Of a DNA stretch of 64,000 bases, positions 38,056 to 46,460 are shown piece by piece. The notes beneath the pieces are model-generated. The model had not been told where the DNA came from, did no database searches, and was given only the letters and a program-made list of their open reading frames with translations. Position numbers and translations under genes: made by a program. The DNA lies in assembly GCA_963830465.1 (NCBI GenBank), contig CAWHME010000001.1:127515-191514 (forward strand). Direction: 5' to 3'. The stretch comes from an uncultured Solirubrobacterales bacterium. GTDB taxonomy: Bacteria > Actinomycetota > Thermoleophilia > Solirubrobacterales > Solirubrobacteraceae. Within the stretch, counting starts at the first letter, position 1; each line of letters starts with the position of its first letter.

Positions 38056-39984
38056 GTGACGCGGAGAAGAACGTGGGGTGCGATGTGTTTGTCGGCGCGG
38101 TGGCGCGGCTGGACGGCGCTGGTGCTGGTAGCGGCGGCTGTGGCCGCGATTGCCTTGCTGCTGGCGCCGGGACGTCCCCCTGCTGCGCTCGCCAACAATC
38201 CGGTCGCCTCGCTCGGCGGCTCGGCGCCGGCCGGTGTGGCGCGAGCGAAGCTGACTGAGCGAGCGTGGATTCGGCGCACGCTTGCCCGTATGACGCTCGC
38301 CGAGGAAGTCGGACAGTTGTTTGAGGTCAACGGGTACGGACAATCGGTTCGTGACACCGACCCGGCGATGGTCGCGCTGAACCGGAAGTACTACGGGGTC
38401 GACAACATCGCCCAGCTGATCAAGAAGTATCACCCCGGCGGAATCATTTACTTCACCTGGTCAAACAGCCTGGCGCAACCGTCGCAGGTGGTAAACCTCT
38501 CAAACGGTGTCCAGCGAGTGGCGCTGGCTCAGCGGACACCGGTGCCGATGCTGATCAGCACCGATCAGGAGTACGGGGAGGTACTGCGGATCGGCTCACC
38601 GGCGACGGTCTTCCCCGGAAACATGCCGCTCGGCGCCACGCGCAACACCGGGTACGCGCGGGCGGCCGGTCGCATCGGTGGCGAGGAGCTGCGCGCGATG
38701 GGGATCAACGTAGACAACGCCCCGGTCGTCGATGTCAACATCGATCCGCTCAATCAGGCCGACGGTATCCGCGCCTATGGTGATCGGGTCCCGCTGGTCT
38801 CGACTCTCGGCTCGGCGCAGGTCAAGGGCTATCAAACGCAGCAGGGATCGAGCGGAGTCGCAGCGACCGCCAAGCACTGGCCCGGGTTCGGCGCTGCGCC
38901 GGTCAACAGCGACACCGGGGTAGCGATCTCGCTTCAGACGCTCCCTGAGGTCATACACACCAACCTGCCGCCGTTCCGGGCGGCGATGAGGGCGGGCATC
39001 GACCGGATCATGGTCACTCACATCTTGTTTCCCAAGATCACGGGCAACAAGATCCCTACCAGCTTGAGCCCGTTCTGGATCAACCGGCTGCTTCGGGGCT
39101 ATCTGCGCTACAACGGAGTGGTTGTCACCGACGCGCTGGACGCGGCCGCGGTGAAGAGCTTCGGCCCGGTGCAGGTCGCGCTGCGGGCCTTCCGGGCCGG
39201 GGTCGACCAGCTGCTGGAGGTCGCGCAGACCCCGAGCGACAGCGCCCCGGGGGACCTGGTCAAGGCTTATCCGGCGGTGCTGAAGGCCGTCCGGACTGGC
39301 GCGATCAGCAAGCGTCGCCTGGATCAATCGGTTACCCGCATCCTCGAGCTGAAATGGAAGCTGGGTCTCGTCCGGCAGCCGATCACCAATCCCGACCGGG
39401 TCAACCGGGTCGTCGGCACGCCGAAGCACCTGGCCGCCGCGCAGACGATCGCTGACCATTCGATCACGCTGCTGAAAAACGACCAGCAGCTGCTGCCGCT
39501 CAAGCTTCCAGCCACCACCAAGGTGCTGGTCACCGGCTTCGGGCAGACCACGACGGCGACGCTCGCTAAAGACATTGCCTCACGGGGGCTTGCCGCCCAG
39601 GCTCTTGCCACCGGCTCGAGTCCCAAGGCCGATGACATCGCCAAGGCCGTCCAGGCCGCCGAGCAGAGTGATCTGGTGGTGGTCACAACCTTCAACGCTT
39701 GGGGCGCACCGGGCCAGCTCCAGCTCGTCAACCAGCTCCTCGCGCTCGGAAAGCCTGTGGTGGTCGTCGCGGTAGGCACCCCCTACGACGTCGCCTACCT
39801 TCCAAACGCGCCAACGTTCATCGCCAGCTACGGCTACCAGCCGGTGTCGGGCAACGCCCTGGTGAAGGTGATGTTCGGCGAGCTCCAGCCGACCGGCAGG
39901 CTGCCGGTCACAATCACCGAGCCACCACCTTCTGCCAAGGTGCTCTACCCGTCCGGCTACCGGCTCCCGCTACCCCCGTCTTAG
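38056..39984 (+). CDS. Secreted glycoside hydrolase family 3 (beta-N-acetylhexosaminidase/beta-glucosidase-like)
   Basis: TM/signal WTALVLVAAAVAAIALLLAPG. KHWPGFG and GVVVTDALDA catalytic-region motifs, plus a C-terminal GH3 domain. Start is 38056 or 38083. Confidence 0.85.
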   Translation: MTRRRTWGAMCLSARWRGWTALVLVAAAVAAIALLLAPGRPPAALANNPVASLGGSAPAGVARAKLTERAWIRRTLARMTLAEEVGQLFEVNGYGQSVRDTDPAMVALNRKYYGVDNIAQLIKKYHPGGIIYFTWSNSLAQPSQVVNLSNGVQRVALAQRTPVPMLISTDQEYGEVLRIGSPATVFPGNMPLGATRNTGYARAAGRIGGEELRAMGINVDNAPVVDVNIDPLNQADGIRAYGDRVPLVSTLGSAQVKGYQTQQGSSGVAATAKHWPGFGAAPVNSDTGVAISLQTLPEVIHTNLPPFRAAMRAGIDRIMVTHILFPKITGNKIPTSLSPFWINRLLRGYLRYNGVVVTDALDAAAVKSFGPVQVALRAFRAGVDQLLEVAQTPSDSAPGDLVKAYPAVLKAVRTGAISKRRLDQSVTRILELKWKLGLVRQPITNPDRVNRVVGTPKHLAAAQTIADHSITLLKNDQQLLPLKLPATTKVLVTGFGQTTTATLAKDIASRGLAAQALATGSSPKADDIAKAVQAAEQSDLVVVTTFNAWGAPGQLQLVNQLLALGKPVVVVAVGTPYDVAYLPNAPTFIASYGYQPVSGNALVKVMFGELQPTGRLPVTITEPPPSAKVLYPSGYRLPLPPS

Positions 39985-40674
39985 CCAGTCCCGCCGTGGT
40001 GGCTCTCGCTCCTCTCGCGCCCCGCTCAGCCCGCTCCGGTCCCTAGGATCCCGCAGCAATCCCCGCTCGATCGTGCGCAGGGTCCGCTCGAGCGCCGCCT
40101 GTCGCTGGTCGGCCGGCATGTCGCGCAGGGGCCCGTCGAGGAACAGCATGCTGAAGCCGTGCACTGCTGACCAGGCGGCGAACTCCGCAAACGGCCGCAC
40201 CTCGGGGTCGATCCCGCCCGCTTCGAGCAGCCCGTCGAGCTGAGCGCTCAGCAGCTGAAACGGACCGGGCGTATCAGCCTCCGACCGCTGGTCGAGGTCG
40301 TGCTCCGCGCGCCCGGCGGCGGCAAAGCCGGTGCGGAACAAATCGGGCTCGCTGAGCGCGAACTCGACATACGCCACCCCCGTCGCACGCAGGCGGGCGG
40401 CGGCGGCTTCGACGCTCCGGTCGTCGGGGTCCACCTTGGCGATCAGCTGCTGCATAAGCAGCGCGAGCTCATGCATGCAGCGCTCACCCACGGCCCTCAG
40501 CAGCGCCTCGCGGTCGGGAAAGTGGCGGTAGGCGGCATTGTGCGAGACCCCGACACGTCGGGATGCCTCGCGCAGGACGACCGCGTCGGGGCCCCCGGCG
40601 CGGGCCAGCTCGAAGCCCGCGTCGATCAGCGCGGCGCGCAGGCTTCCGTGGTGATAGCGCTTCTTCCGCCCCAT
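39970..40674 (-). CDS. TetR family transcriptional regulator
   Basis: HHGSLRAALIDAGFELARAGGPDAVVLREASRRVGVSHNAAYRHF HTH. Confidence 0.85.
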   Translation of the reverse strand: MGRKKRYHHGSLRAALIDAGFELARAGGPDAVVLREASRRVGVSHNAAYRHFPDREALLRAVGERCMHELALLMQQLIAKVDPDDRSVEAAAARLRATGVAYVEFALSEPDLFRTGFAAAGRAEHDLDQRSEADTPGPFQLLSAQLDGLLEAGGIDPEVRPFAEFAAWSAVHGFSMLFLDGPLRDMPADQRQAALERTLRTIERGLLRDPRDRSGLSGAREEREPPRRDWLRRG

Positions 40675-40812
40675 CCGTCGCCAGATGTTGACAAGAGCCA
40701 CATTGAGGTGCAAGCCTTTCGACAGTGTTACCGCTGTCAACTTCTTGGGGAGGCGGCGTGAGGAGTGATCAGCCCCGCCGGCCCGGGCCGGGTGAGTGCG
40801 AGAGTGGCGCTT

Positions 40813-41811
40813 CTAGCTTCTTGCGCCGGCAAACGTCACCAACCGGCCGCGTTGCTCGTCGTACAGCTTGAGCCGCAGCGCGCGAATCCCTCCCCAGAGA
40901 GTCAACGTCGGCACCTCGTCGAGGACGGGGTTCTCGTCCTGCGCGCGCTGGAGGTTGTAGTTGGGGATGCGCGGGTGCAGATGGTGGATGTGGTGCAGGC
41001 CGATGTTGCCGGTGAAGAACTGCAGGATCTGTGGCAGCTTGAGGTACGAACTGCCGCGAAGGGCCGAGTGCTGGAAGTTCCAGCTGTCATGGCGCTGCCA
41101 GTAGACATCCTCGAACTGGTGCTGAACGTAGAACAGCCACACCCCCGCCGCGCCAGCAAGCATCGCGGCCGGGAGCTGGACGAGCAGGACCGCCTCCCAT
41201 CCGAAGAGCACGACCAGCGCGCCCACCAGAACGACAAGCGCGATATCGGTGGCGATGATCTGGCGCGCGAACCGCGGCCTGGCCCAACGAGGGATGAACC
41301 TCGGCTCCACCATCAGCGCCCACAGCGGCCCGAGTGTGAGCAGCACGAACGGGTTGCGCATGATCCGGTACTCGAGCCGCCCCAGCCGGGAGCGCCCGCG
41401 GTACTCCGCCACGGTGATCGTGTCGACGTCGCCCATGCCACGCTGGTCCAGGTCGCCTGCCGTCGCGTGGTGCACCGCATGCTCATAGCGCCAGCTGTGA
41501 AACGGCGCGAACACGAGTATCGAACACACGATGCCGACCCATTGGTTGACCCTGCGGTTTCGCAGAAACGAGCCGTGAGCGCAGTCGTGAAAGACGATGA
41601 AGGTGCGCAGCATGAAGCCGGCGAGCGGCACGGCGAGGACCAGGACGAGGAGGTAGGAGACCTGCAGCAGGGCGTACATCGCCGCGACCAGGGCGAGGAA
41701 CGGAAGCACGGACGTCGCGAGATCCCTCACGGCGAGACCCACATCGGGCTCGGCGTACGGGGCCAGCAACTCACGCCAGAACGACGGGTGCAGGTCTTCA
41801 GGCTGAGACAT
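40813..41811 (-). CDS. Membrane fatty-acid desaturase
   Basis: Three His boxes: HDCAHGS, HSWRYEHAVHH and HHIHHLHPRIPNY. Confidence 0.9.
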   Translation of the reverse strand: MSQPEDLHPSFWRELLAPYAEPDVGLAVRDLATSVLPFLALVAAMYALLQVSYLLVLVLAVPLAGFMLRTFIVFHDCAHGSFLRNRRVNQWVGIVCSILVFAPFHSWRYEHAVHHATAGDLDQRGMGDVDTITVAEYRGRSRLGRLEYRIMRNPFVLLTLGPLWALMVEPRFIPRWARPRFARQIIATDIALVVLVGALVVLFGWEAVLLVQLPAAMLAGAAGVWLFYVQHQFEDVYWQRHDSWNFQHSALRGSSYLKLPQILQFFTGNIGLHHIHHLHPRIPNYNLQRAQDENPVLDEVPTLTLWGGIRALRLKLYDEQRGRLVTFAGARS

Positions 41812-41913
41812 GTTTCTGCGCCCCTTGCGGGGGTCGGGGGCCTTCGTGGCCCGGGGCGGGCGGGCGGCTCACTGTACCGGCCCGGCACAAATCGCGTGCT
41901 GCGCCCACCACGC

Positions 41914-42813
41914 TCACGTCTTCTCGAAGACCATCCGGTAGTGGTCCATCAGCTCCCGCTCGAAGCACACGCTGTTTGAGCTGACGCCCGACGTGAAGGC
42001 GAACCGGAAGTCGGGGTCTCTGAGCCAGCGCGGCAGTAGACGGAGCTTGAGCAAAGCCAGTCTCGGGCTCCAGGACTCCGTCCGCCGATCCCATTGGCGG
42101 ATGGTTTCGATGTAGTCGAGTCTGCCGCTGACACTCGATGCGAGCCTGAAGTGCGGTGCGGCGCAGCGAACGACTTGCTCCTGGCCGAAGGGCAGGAACG
42201 AGCCGGGGAACGCCGCCGCCATCATCGCGAGATACCAGGCATCAGAGTCCCGCGCAGCATGACGATCGATCTCCTCAACCGGAATCATGTTGCGTCCGAA
42301 GACCATCGTCTGGAGGTAGAACCGCCCCTTGTCCGGCAGCAACCCAGCGACGCGCTCGAAGAGCCGGCGGTACACGGCCTCCTGACGACCCGCGCGGTAG
42401 TCCTCCGGAGAGCAGAAGTGCTCGAAGGCACCGAGGCTTGCGACGGCATCGAAGGGGCCAAAGCTCTCGCGGGTGACTTCTCGCGCGTCGTGGAGATGGA
42501 CGTCGAGGCCATGACGACGGCACGCCGCGACCTGTGCCGATGACAGGGTCACGCCGACCCCGGTCGCGCCGATGCTCCGGACATAAGCGAGCAGACCGCC
42601 CCAACCGCAGCCGAGGTCGAGCACGCGCCGCCCAGGTTCGATCCCGATCTGCTCGGCAACGTATTCGTGCTTACGTCGCTGAGCCTGCTCCAGCGTCAGC
42701 GTGAAGTCGCCGTCGTACTTCGCTGCGCTGAAGTCGGCCAGCTCCCCCAAGCTGAGCCGGATCACGCGATCGGTCAGCGAGTAGCTGAAATCTAGGTCAG
42801 TGCGGTCGGCCAT
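41914..42813 (-). CDS. Cyclopropane-fatty-acyl-phospholipid synthase family SAM methyltransferase
   Basis: RVLDLGCGWGGLLAYV SAM motif plus CMAS-family N- and C-terminal blocks. Confidence 0.85.
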   Translation of the reverse strand: MADRTDLDFSYSLTDRVIRLSLGELADFSAAKYDGDFTLTLEQAQRRKHEYVAEQIGIEPGRRVLDLGCGWGGLLAYVRSIGATGVGVTLSSAQVAACRRHGLDVHLHDAREVTRESFGPFDAVASLGAFEHFCSPEDYRAGRQEAVYRRLFERVAGLLPDKGRFYLQTMVFGRNMIPVEEIDRHAARDSDAWYLAMMAAAFPGSFLPFGQEQVVRCAAPHFRLASSVSGRLDYIETIRQWDRRTESWSPRLALLKLRLLPRWLRDPDFRFAFTSGVSSNSVCFERELMDHYRMVFEKT

Positions 42814-43019
42814 GGCTCCGGACGGAGAATCCTAATTCCGAGGGCGGCGGTTTCCGCCGTCGGCGGGATGATGAGGTGGCGGAGTGAGCTCCGACGAGGC
42901 CTTCGCCTGACCTGGACGACCCTAGTGACCATATAGAGCATAGGATCGACCAGGTCCAAGTGCCGGTGCGTGATGTTGACGTAGACGGCGGGGCGAACTA
43001 CAGAAGTTCCCAACGGGCG

Positions 43020-43451
43020 CTAGTCAGCCCACCAGCCGCGCTGACCCTCCACGTCCTCGCGCAAAGCCTCACCGAGATTGGGCGCGCCGACCACGATCAA
43101 CTCGAGGCCGTCCGGCCCGGCTTCGTAGCCTCGCCAGGTACCGGGCGGGACGCGCACCACGTCCCACTCCTGGAGCTCCACGATCTCGTCGTCGAGCTTC
43201 ATTCGCCCGCCGCCGCGCACGACCACGTAGACCTCCTCCTGCCTCCTGTGGGTGTGGCCGTACGGGAAGCGATAGTCGGGCGGGACGCGCTGATAGCTGA
43301 GACCGGACTGCTCGAGCTCGAGCGCGTGGCTCGCCAAGCGGAACTCGAGCTCTGGCGCGCCGTCGAACTTGGGCCCGACGTCCTCCAGATCCGTCTTGAG
43401 ATTTTTGACCGTGAACGGCACCCCGGGCAATCTAGCTCGGCCGGTCCCCAT
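43020..43451 (-). CDS. Cupin domain protein
   Basis: YGHTHRRQEEVYVVVRGGGRMKLDDEIVELQEWDVVRVPPGTWRGYEAG cupin core. Confidence 0.7.
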   Translation of the reverse strand: MGTGRARLPGVPFTVKNLKTDLEDVGPKFDGAPELEFRLASHALELEQSGLSYQRVPPDYRFPYGHTHRRQEEVYVVVRGGGRMKLDDEIVELQEWDVVRVPPGTWRGYEAGPDGLELIVVGAPNLGEALREDVEGQRGWWAD

Positions 43452-43510
43452 GGCTAGCGCCGGGATGGCGTCCGACGCGCTCGCGTTGCCGATTGGCGCC
43501 CTGTGACGCC

Positions 43511-43911
43511 TCACCGTCGAGCCGCACCGAGACCGGCCCGGAGCACATTGACGCTGCTCGGATTCGAGGAAGCAGTCAGCTTGTGGCAGGCCGAGAGCTC
43601 GGCCGCGGTCAAGGACTCGTGCTGGTCTTTGAATAGGACTCCGGCTGACTTCCCATAGTACTCGTCCCCAGGACGCGTAAAGCCGGGGATGCTCACCTCG
43701 GGTTTGGGAGTCACCACGATGTTATGCACGAGGTCCTGGACCGTGAAATGCACCGTGCACGAGGTCCTGGACCGTGAAATGCACCGTGCACGAGGTCCTG
43801 GACCGTGAAATGCACCGTCGCGGTCCACACCTGGGCCTCGACCCATCCCTTCTGCCCGGGCGGGATCGTCAGCGTCGTGTCTCTTCCGTAGCTGGTTGAC
43901 ACGGTACCCAT
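43511..43911 (-). pseudogene. Small hypothetical gene split into two frames by a 31-bp x3 tandem repeat
   Basis: Track ORFs 43711..44022 and 43511..43846 both read TVHFTVQDLVH through one repeat copy. With a single copy they join as ...WTATVHFTVQDLVHNIVVTPKPEVSIPGF.... Confidence 0.6.
43726..43818. repeat. Perfect 31-bp tandem repeat, 3 copies (GCACGAGGTCCTGGACCGTGAAATGCACCGT)
   Basis: Copies at 43726-43756, 43757-43787 and 43788-43818, read directly from the sequence. Confidence 0.95.
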
Positions 43912-44241
43912 CTGCCTACTCGTGACTTTCGCGTCGATCGACGCTTTCCCGAACGCGGGACATCTCTGCGGATGCTTTGACGGAGAAACCGGCCATCCAC
44001 CGGGCCGGGCCTTTGGCGTCACAGCTCAGCTGGCGGGGACGCGCGCCCCATCCGCCCTCAGCCCAACCGAATGGGCTGGCCTACTCCCGGTGTGTCGAGG
44101 CCGTCTGCGCGCGTCCGGGCACCGCTAATGGGAGGGTCGGTATAGGGTCATCCCGATTGTGCCGCGGCAGTCGCGCGGAGATCATCGCTGATCCGGGTGG
44201 CGGCATGGCCCCCCGGTCAGCGGTTTTTCAAGGAGCGGAGG

Positions 44242-44433
44242 ATGGACGACAAGCGCAGACAGAAGTGGGAGGCAGGCGCGCGCGGGTTCCTCGAGCCCGG
44301 CGAGCAGGTGGTCGCTGCCGCGCCCGGGCAGAACGCGGAGAGGATGTGGCCGATTCCGTTCTTCGTCGATTCGATTGGCCTCCCGCTGCTCCAGCGCGCT
44401 CGCGGGAGGCTGTCGGAATATCGGTGTCGTCTG
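44242..44433 (+). pseudogene. 5' fragment of a small bacterial-PH-like gene truncated at the IS
   Basis: GGAGCGGAGG RBS before ATG 44242. MDDKRRQKWEAGARGFLEPGEQVVAAAPGQN... resembles N-termini of small actinobacterial PH-domain-like proteins. Coding sense is lost near 44434. Confidence 0.35.
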
Positions 44434-44456
44434 GCGGGTTTAAGACACTTCTCGGT

Positions 44457-44544
44457 ATGGCTCGAGATTTCGTTTCGTGTGAGCGCGGCCAGTTGTTGTT
44501 GATGCCGCTGTCGCTGTTGGAGTGGCTGCCTGAGGATCACTTGG
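44457..44544 (+). pseudogene. IS1182-family transposase, exon 1
   Basis: MARDFVSCERGQLLLMPLSLLEWLPEDHL is the typical DUF772/IS1182 N-terminus. Confidence 0.7.
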
Positions 44545-44910
44545 GTAGCGCCGGGATAAACCGGCATGGAGAAGGAGCTGAGAGGGCTCTACGTCGAAGG
44601 TGTAGCGATCCACGACGGCCCCGAGTCATGCGTCGGCGCCCGCGAGGGCGTCGGCGAAGTGTTGACAGGGGTGCGCGTAGGCTGGGCTATTGAGCCTCGA
44701 AATTCCTGCATTCAGGGCGCCGACGCCGTCCAGGTGGCGGAAGGCAATACCGCCGGCAGCGTTTTCGCGAGCCGTCGGCGGGCTCTGCGGGGTCAGGGAA
44801 CCTGTGCATGCGCGCGATCTCTCGATGCGCGAGAACCGGGAGGTCCCACGGTCACCCGCTTGTGGTGATGGTTGGGTGGGTCGTGCGGGGAAGGCTGAGG
44901 CCGTAATCCC

Positions 44911-46404
44911 GTGATGGACGATCGTGGGAAGTCAGACGGTCCTGTAGTACCTGCGAAGCTGCCGAACAACGCCCAGGGCGGGGTGGCGGAGGTGGTGGAG
45001 GGAAGAGGACCGGCCAAGGGGAACGCGGCCAGGGAAACACGCGCCGGACTCAGAGCCGGGATTGGCGTGTCCAATGACCTGGATCGTGTGCGCCGAGCGG
45101 CTCGGAAGGATAAGGATGCTCAGTTCACCGCGCTCCTGCACCACGTCGACGTTGACCTTCTTCGGGCTGCGTACTTCGCGCTTCGGCCGAAGGCCGCTCC
45201 CGGAGTGGATGGCGTGACGTGGGCGGATTACGGGCTGAATCTCGAGGGGAACCTTCGGGACCTGCACGCTCGAGTCCACCGCGGGGGCTACCGGGCGAAG
45301 CCGTCACGGAGGGCGTTCATCCCGAAGGCCGACGGGCGGCAGCGGCCGCTCGGCGTCGCTGCGCTGGAGGACAAGATCCTGCAGCGGGCGCTGGTCGAGG
45401 TGCTGAATGCGATCTACGAGTCGGACTTTGTCGGGTTCTCGTATGGGTTTCGGCCGGGGCGGCGTCCGCATGATGCGTTGGACGCGCTCGCGGCTGGGAT
45501 CAAGACGAGGCATGTGAACTGGGTGCTCGACGCGGATTTCCGCGAGTTCTTCACCAGCCTTGACCATCGGTGGCTGGTGAGGTTCCTGGAGCACCGAATC
45601 GCGGACAGGAGGGTCCTGCGTCTGATCCAGCGATGGCTCAGCGCAGGGGTCATTGAGGAGGGGTCATGGACGGCGTGTGAGGAGGGTGTCCCTCAAGGGG
45701 CGTCAGCGTCGCCGCTGTTGGCGAACGTGTACCTGCACTACGTCTTCGACCTGTGGGCTCATCAGTGGAGAGGTCGGCACGCGCGCGGCGAGGTAGTGAT
45801 CGTGCGCTTCGCCGATGACTTCGTGGTGGGGTTCGAGTACCGGAGCGACGCGCTGCGGTTCTGGGCAGATCTCCGCGACAGGCTCGCGCAGTTCTGCTTG
45901 GAGCTCAACGCGGACAAGACGCGCCTGATCGAGTTCGGCCGGTTCGCCGCCGAGCGCCGAGGGGCGCATGGTCGCGGCAAGCCGGAGACGTTCCAGTTCC
46001 TGGGCTTCACGCACTGCTGCGCGCAGACCAGGAGGGGAAGGTTCAAGCTCAAGCGAATCACCGACTCGAAGCGGATGCGGACGAAGCTGGGCGAGGTCAA
46101 GGCCACGCTCATCCAACGCCGAGATCTGCCCATTCCCGAGCAGGCCCGCTGGCTCGCCAGCGTCCTGCGCGGGCACTGCAATTACTACGCGGTGCCCGAC
46201 AACTACGAGGCGATCAACGCCTTCCGCCAGCTAATCATCCGGCACTGGCTCAAGGCGCTGCGGCGTCGCAGCCAGCGGTCTCGGCTGACCTGGCAGCGGA
46301 TGTATCTCCTCGCGGAACGATGGCTACCTCCCGTTCAGATACTGCACCCCTGGCCCGAGCCTCGCTTCTACGCCAACACCCAAGGCAGGAGCCCAGTGCG
46401 TTAA
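44911..46404 (+). CDS. Group II intron reverse transcriptase/maturase (no endonuclease domain)
   Basis: FTALLHHV, APGVDGVTW, RRAFIPKADGRQRPLGV, GVPQGASASPLLANVYL, RFADDFVVGF (YADD-type) and RGHCNYYAVPDN (X domain). The true start may be GTG 45067. Confidence 0.9.
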   Translation: MMDDRGKSDGPVVPAKLPNNAQGGVAEVVEGRGPAKGNAARETRAGLRAGIGVSNDLDRVRRAARKDKDAQFTALLHHVDVDLLRAAYFALRPKAAPGVDGVTWADYGLNLEGNLRDLHARVHRGGYRAKPSRRAFIPKADGRQRPLGVAALEDKILQRALVEVLNAIYESDFVGFSYGFRPGRRPHDALDALAAGIKTRHVNWVLDADFREFFTSLDHRWLVRFLEHRIADRRVLRLIQRWLSAGVIEEGSWTACEEGVPQGASASPLLANVYLHYVFDLWAHQWRGRHARGEVVIVRFADDFVVGFEYRSDALRFWADLRDRLAQFCLELNADKTRLIEFGRFAAERRGAHGRGKPETFQFLGFTHCCAQTRRGRFKLKRITDSKRMRTKLGEVKATLIQRRDLPIPEQARWLASVLRGHCNYYAVPDNYEAINAFRQLIIRHWLKALRRRSQRSRLTWQRMYLLAERWLPPVQILHPWPEPRFYANTQGRSPVR

Positions 46405-46460
46405 CGCGCACGCTGGGATCTGTGCGGGGGGCCGTCGGCAACGGCGGTCCCTACCGCGAT
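46389..46460 (+). ncRNA. Group II intron domains V and VI
   Basis: GAGCCCA-GUGCG-loop-CGCAC-GC(bulge)-UGGGAUC with an AGC triad. Followed by UGCGG/GGG...CCC-UA-CCGCG helix ending ...CGCGAU. Confidence 0.6.

Larger units (their letters stand above)
44545..46460 (+). mobile_element. Bacterial group II intron (1916 nt) with RT/maturase ORF
   Basis: RT/maturase ORF, domain V-like hairpin at 46389-46420, domain VI-like helix with a bulged A at 46453 (7 nt from the 3' end). Removing it restores the transposase frame. Confidence 0.8.

Noticed and set aside
44566-44868. 100-aa ORF (LYVEGVAIHDGPESCVGAREGVGEVLTG...) upstream of the reverse transcriptase
   Set aside because: It lies inside domains I-III of the group II intron. 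I recall similar peptides being annotated upstream of intron RTs, so the conservation most likely reflects RNA structure rather than a protein.
44911-46404. Reverse transcriptase as a retron, DRT or Abi-type defence RT
   Set aside because: It has a C-terminal maturase (X) domain and is followed by domain V/VI-like RNA with a bulged A. Removing it restores a host ORF, which fits a group II intron. There is no msr/msd-like repeat pair or effector gene nearby.
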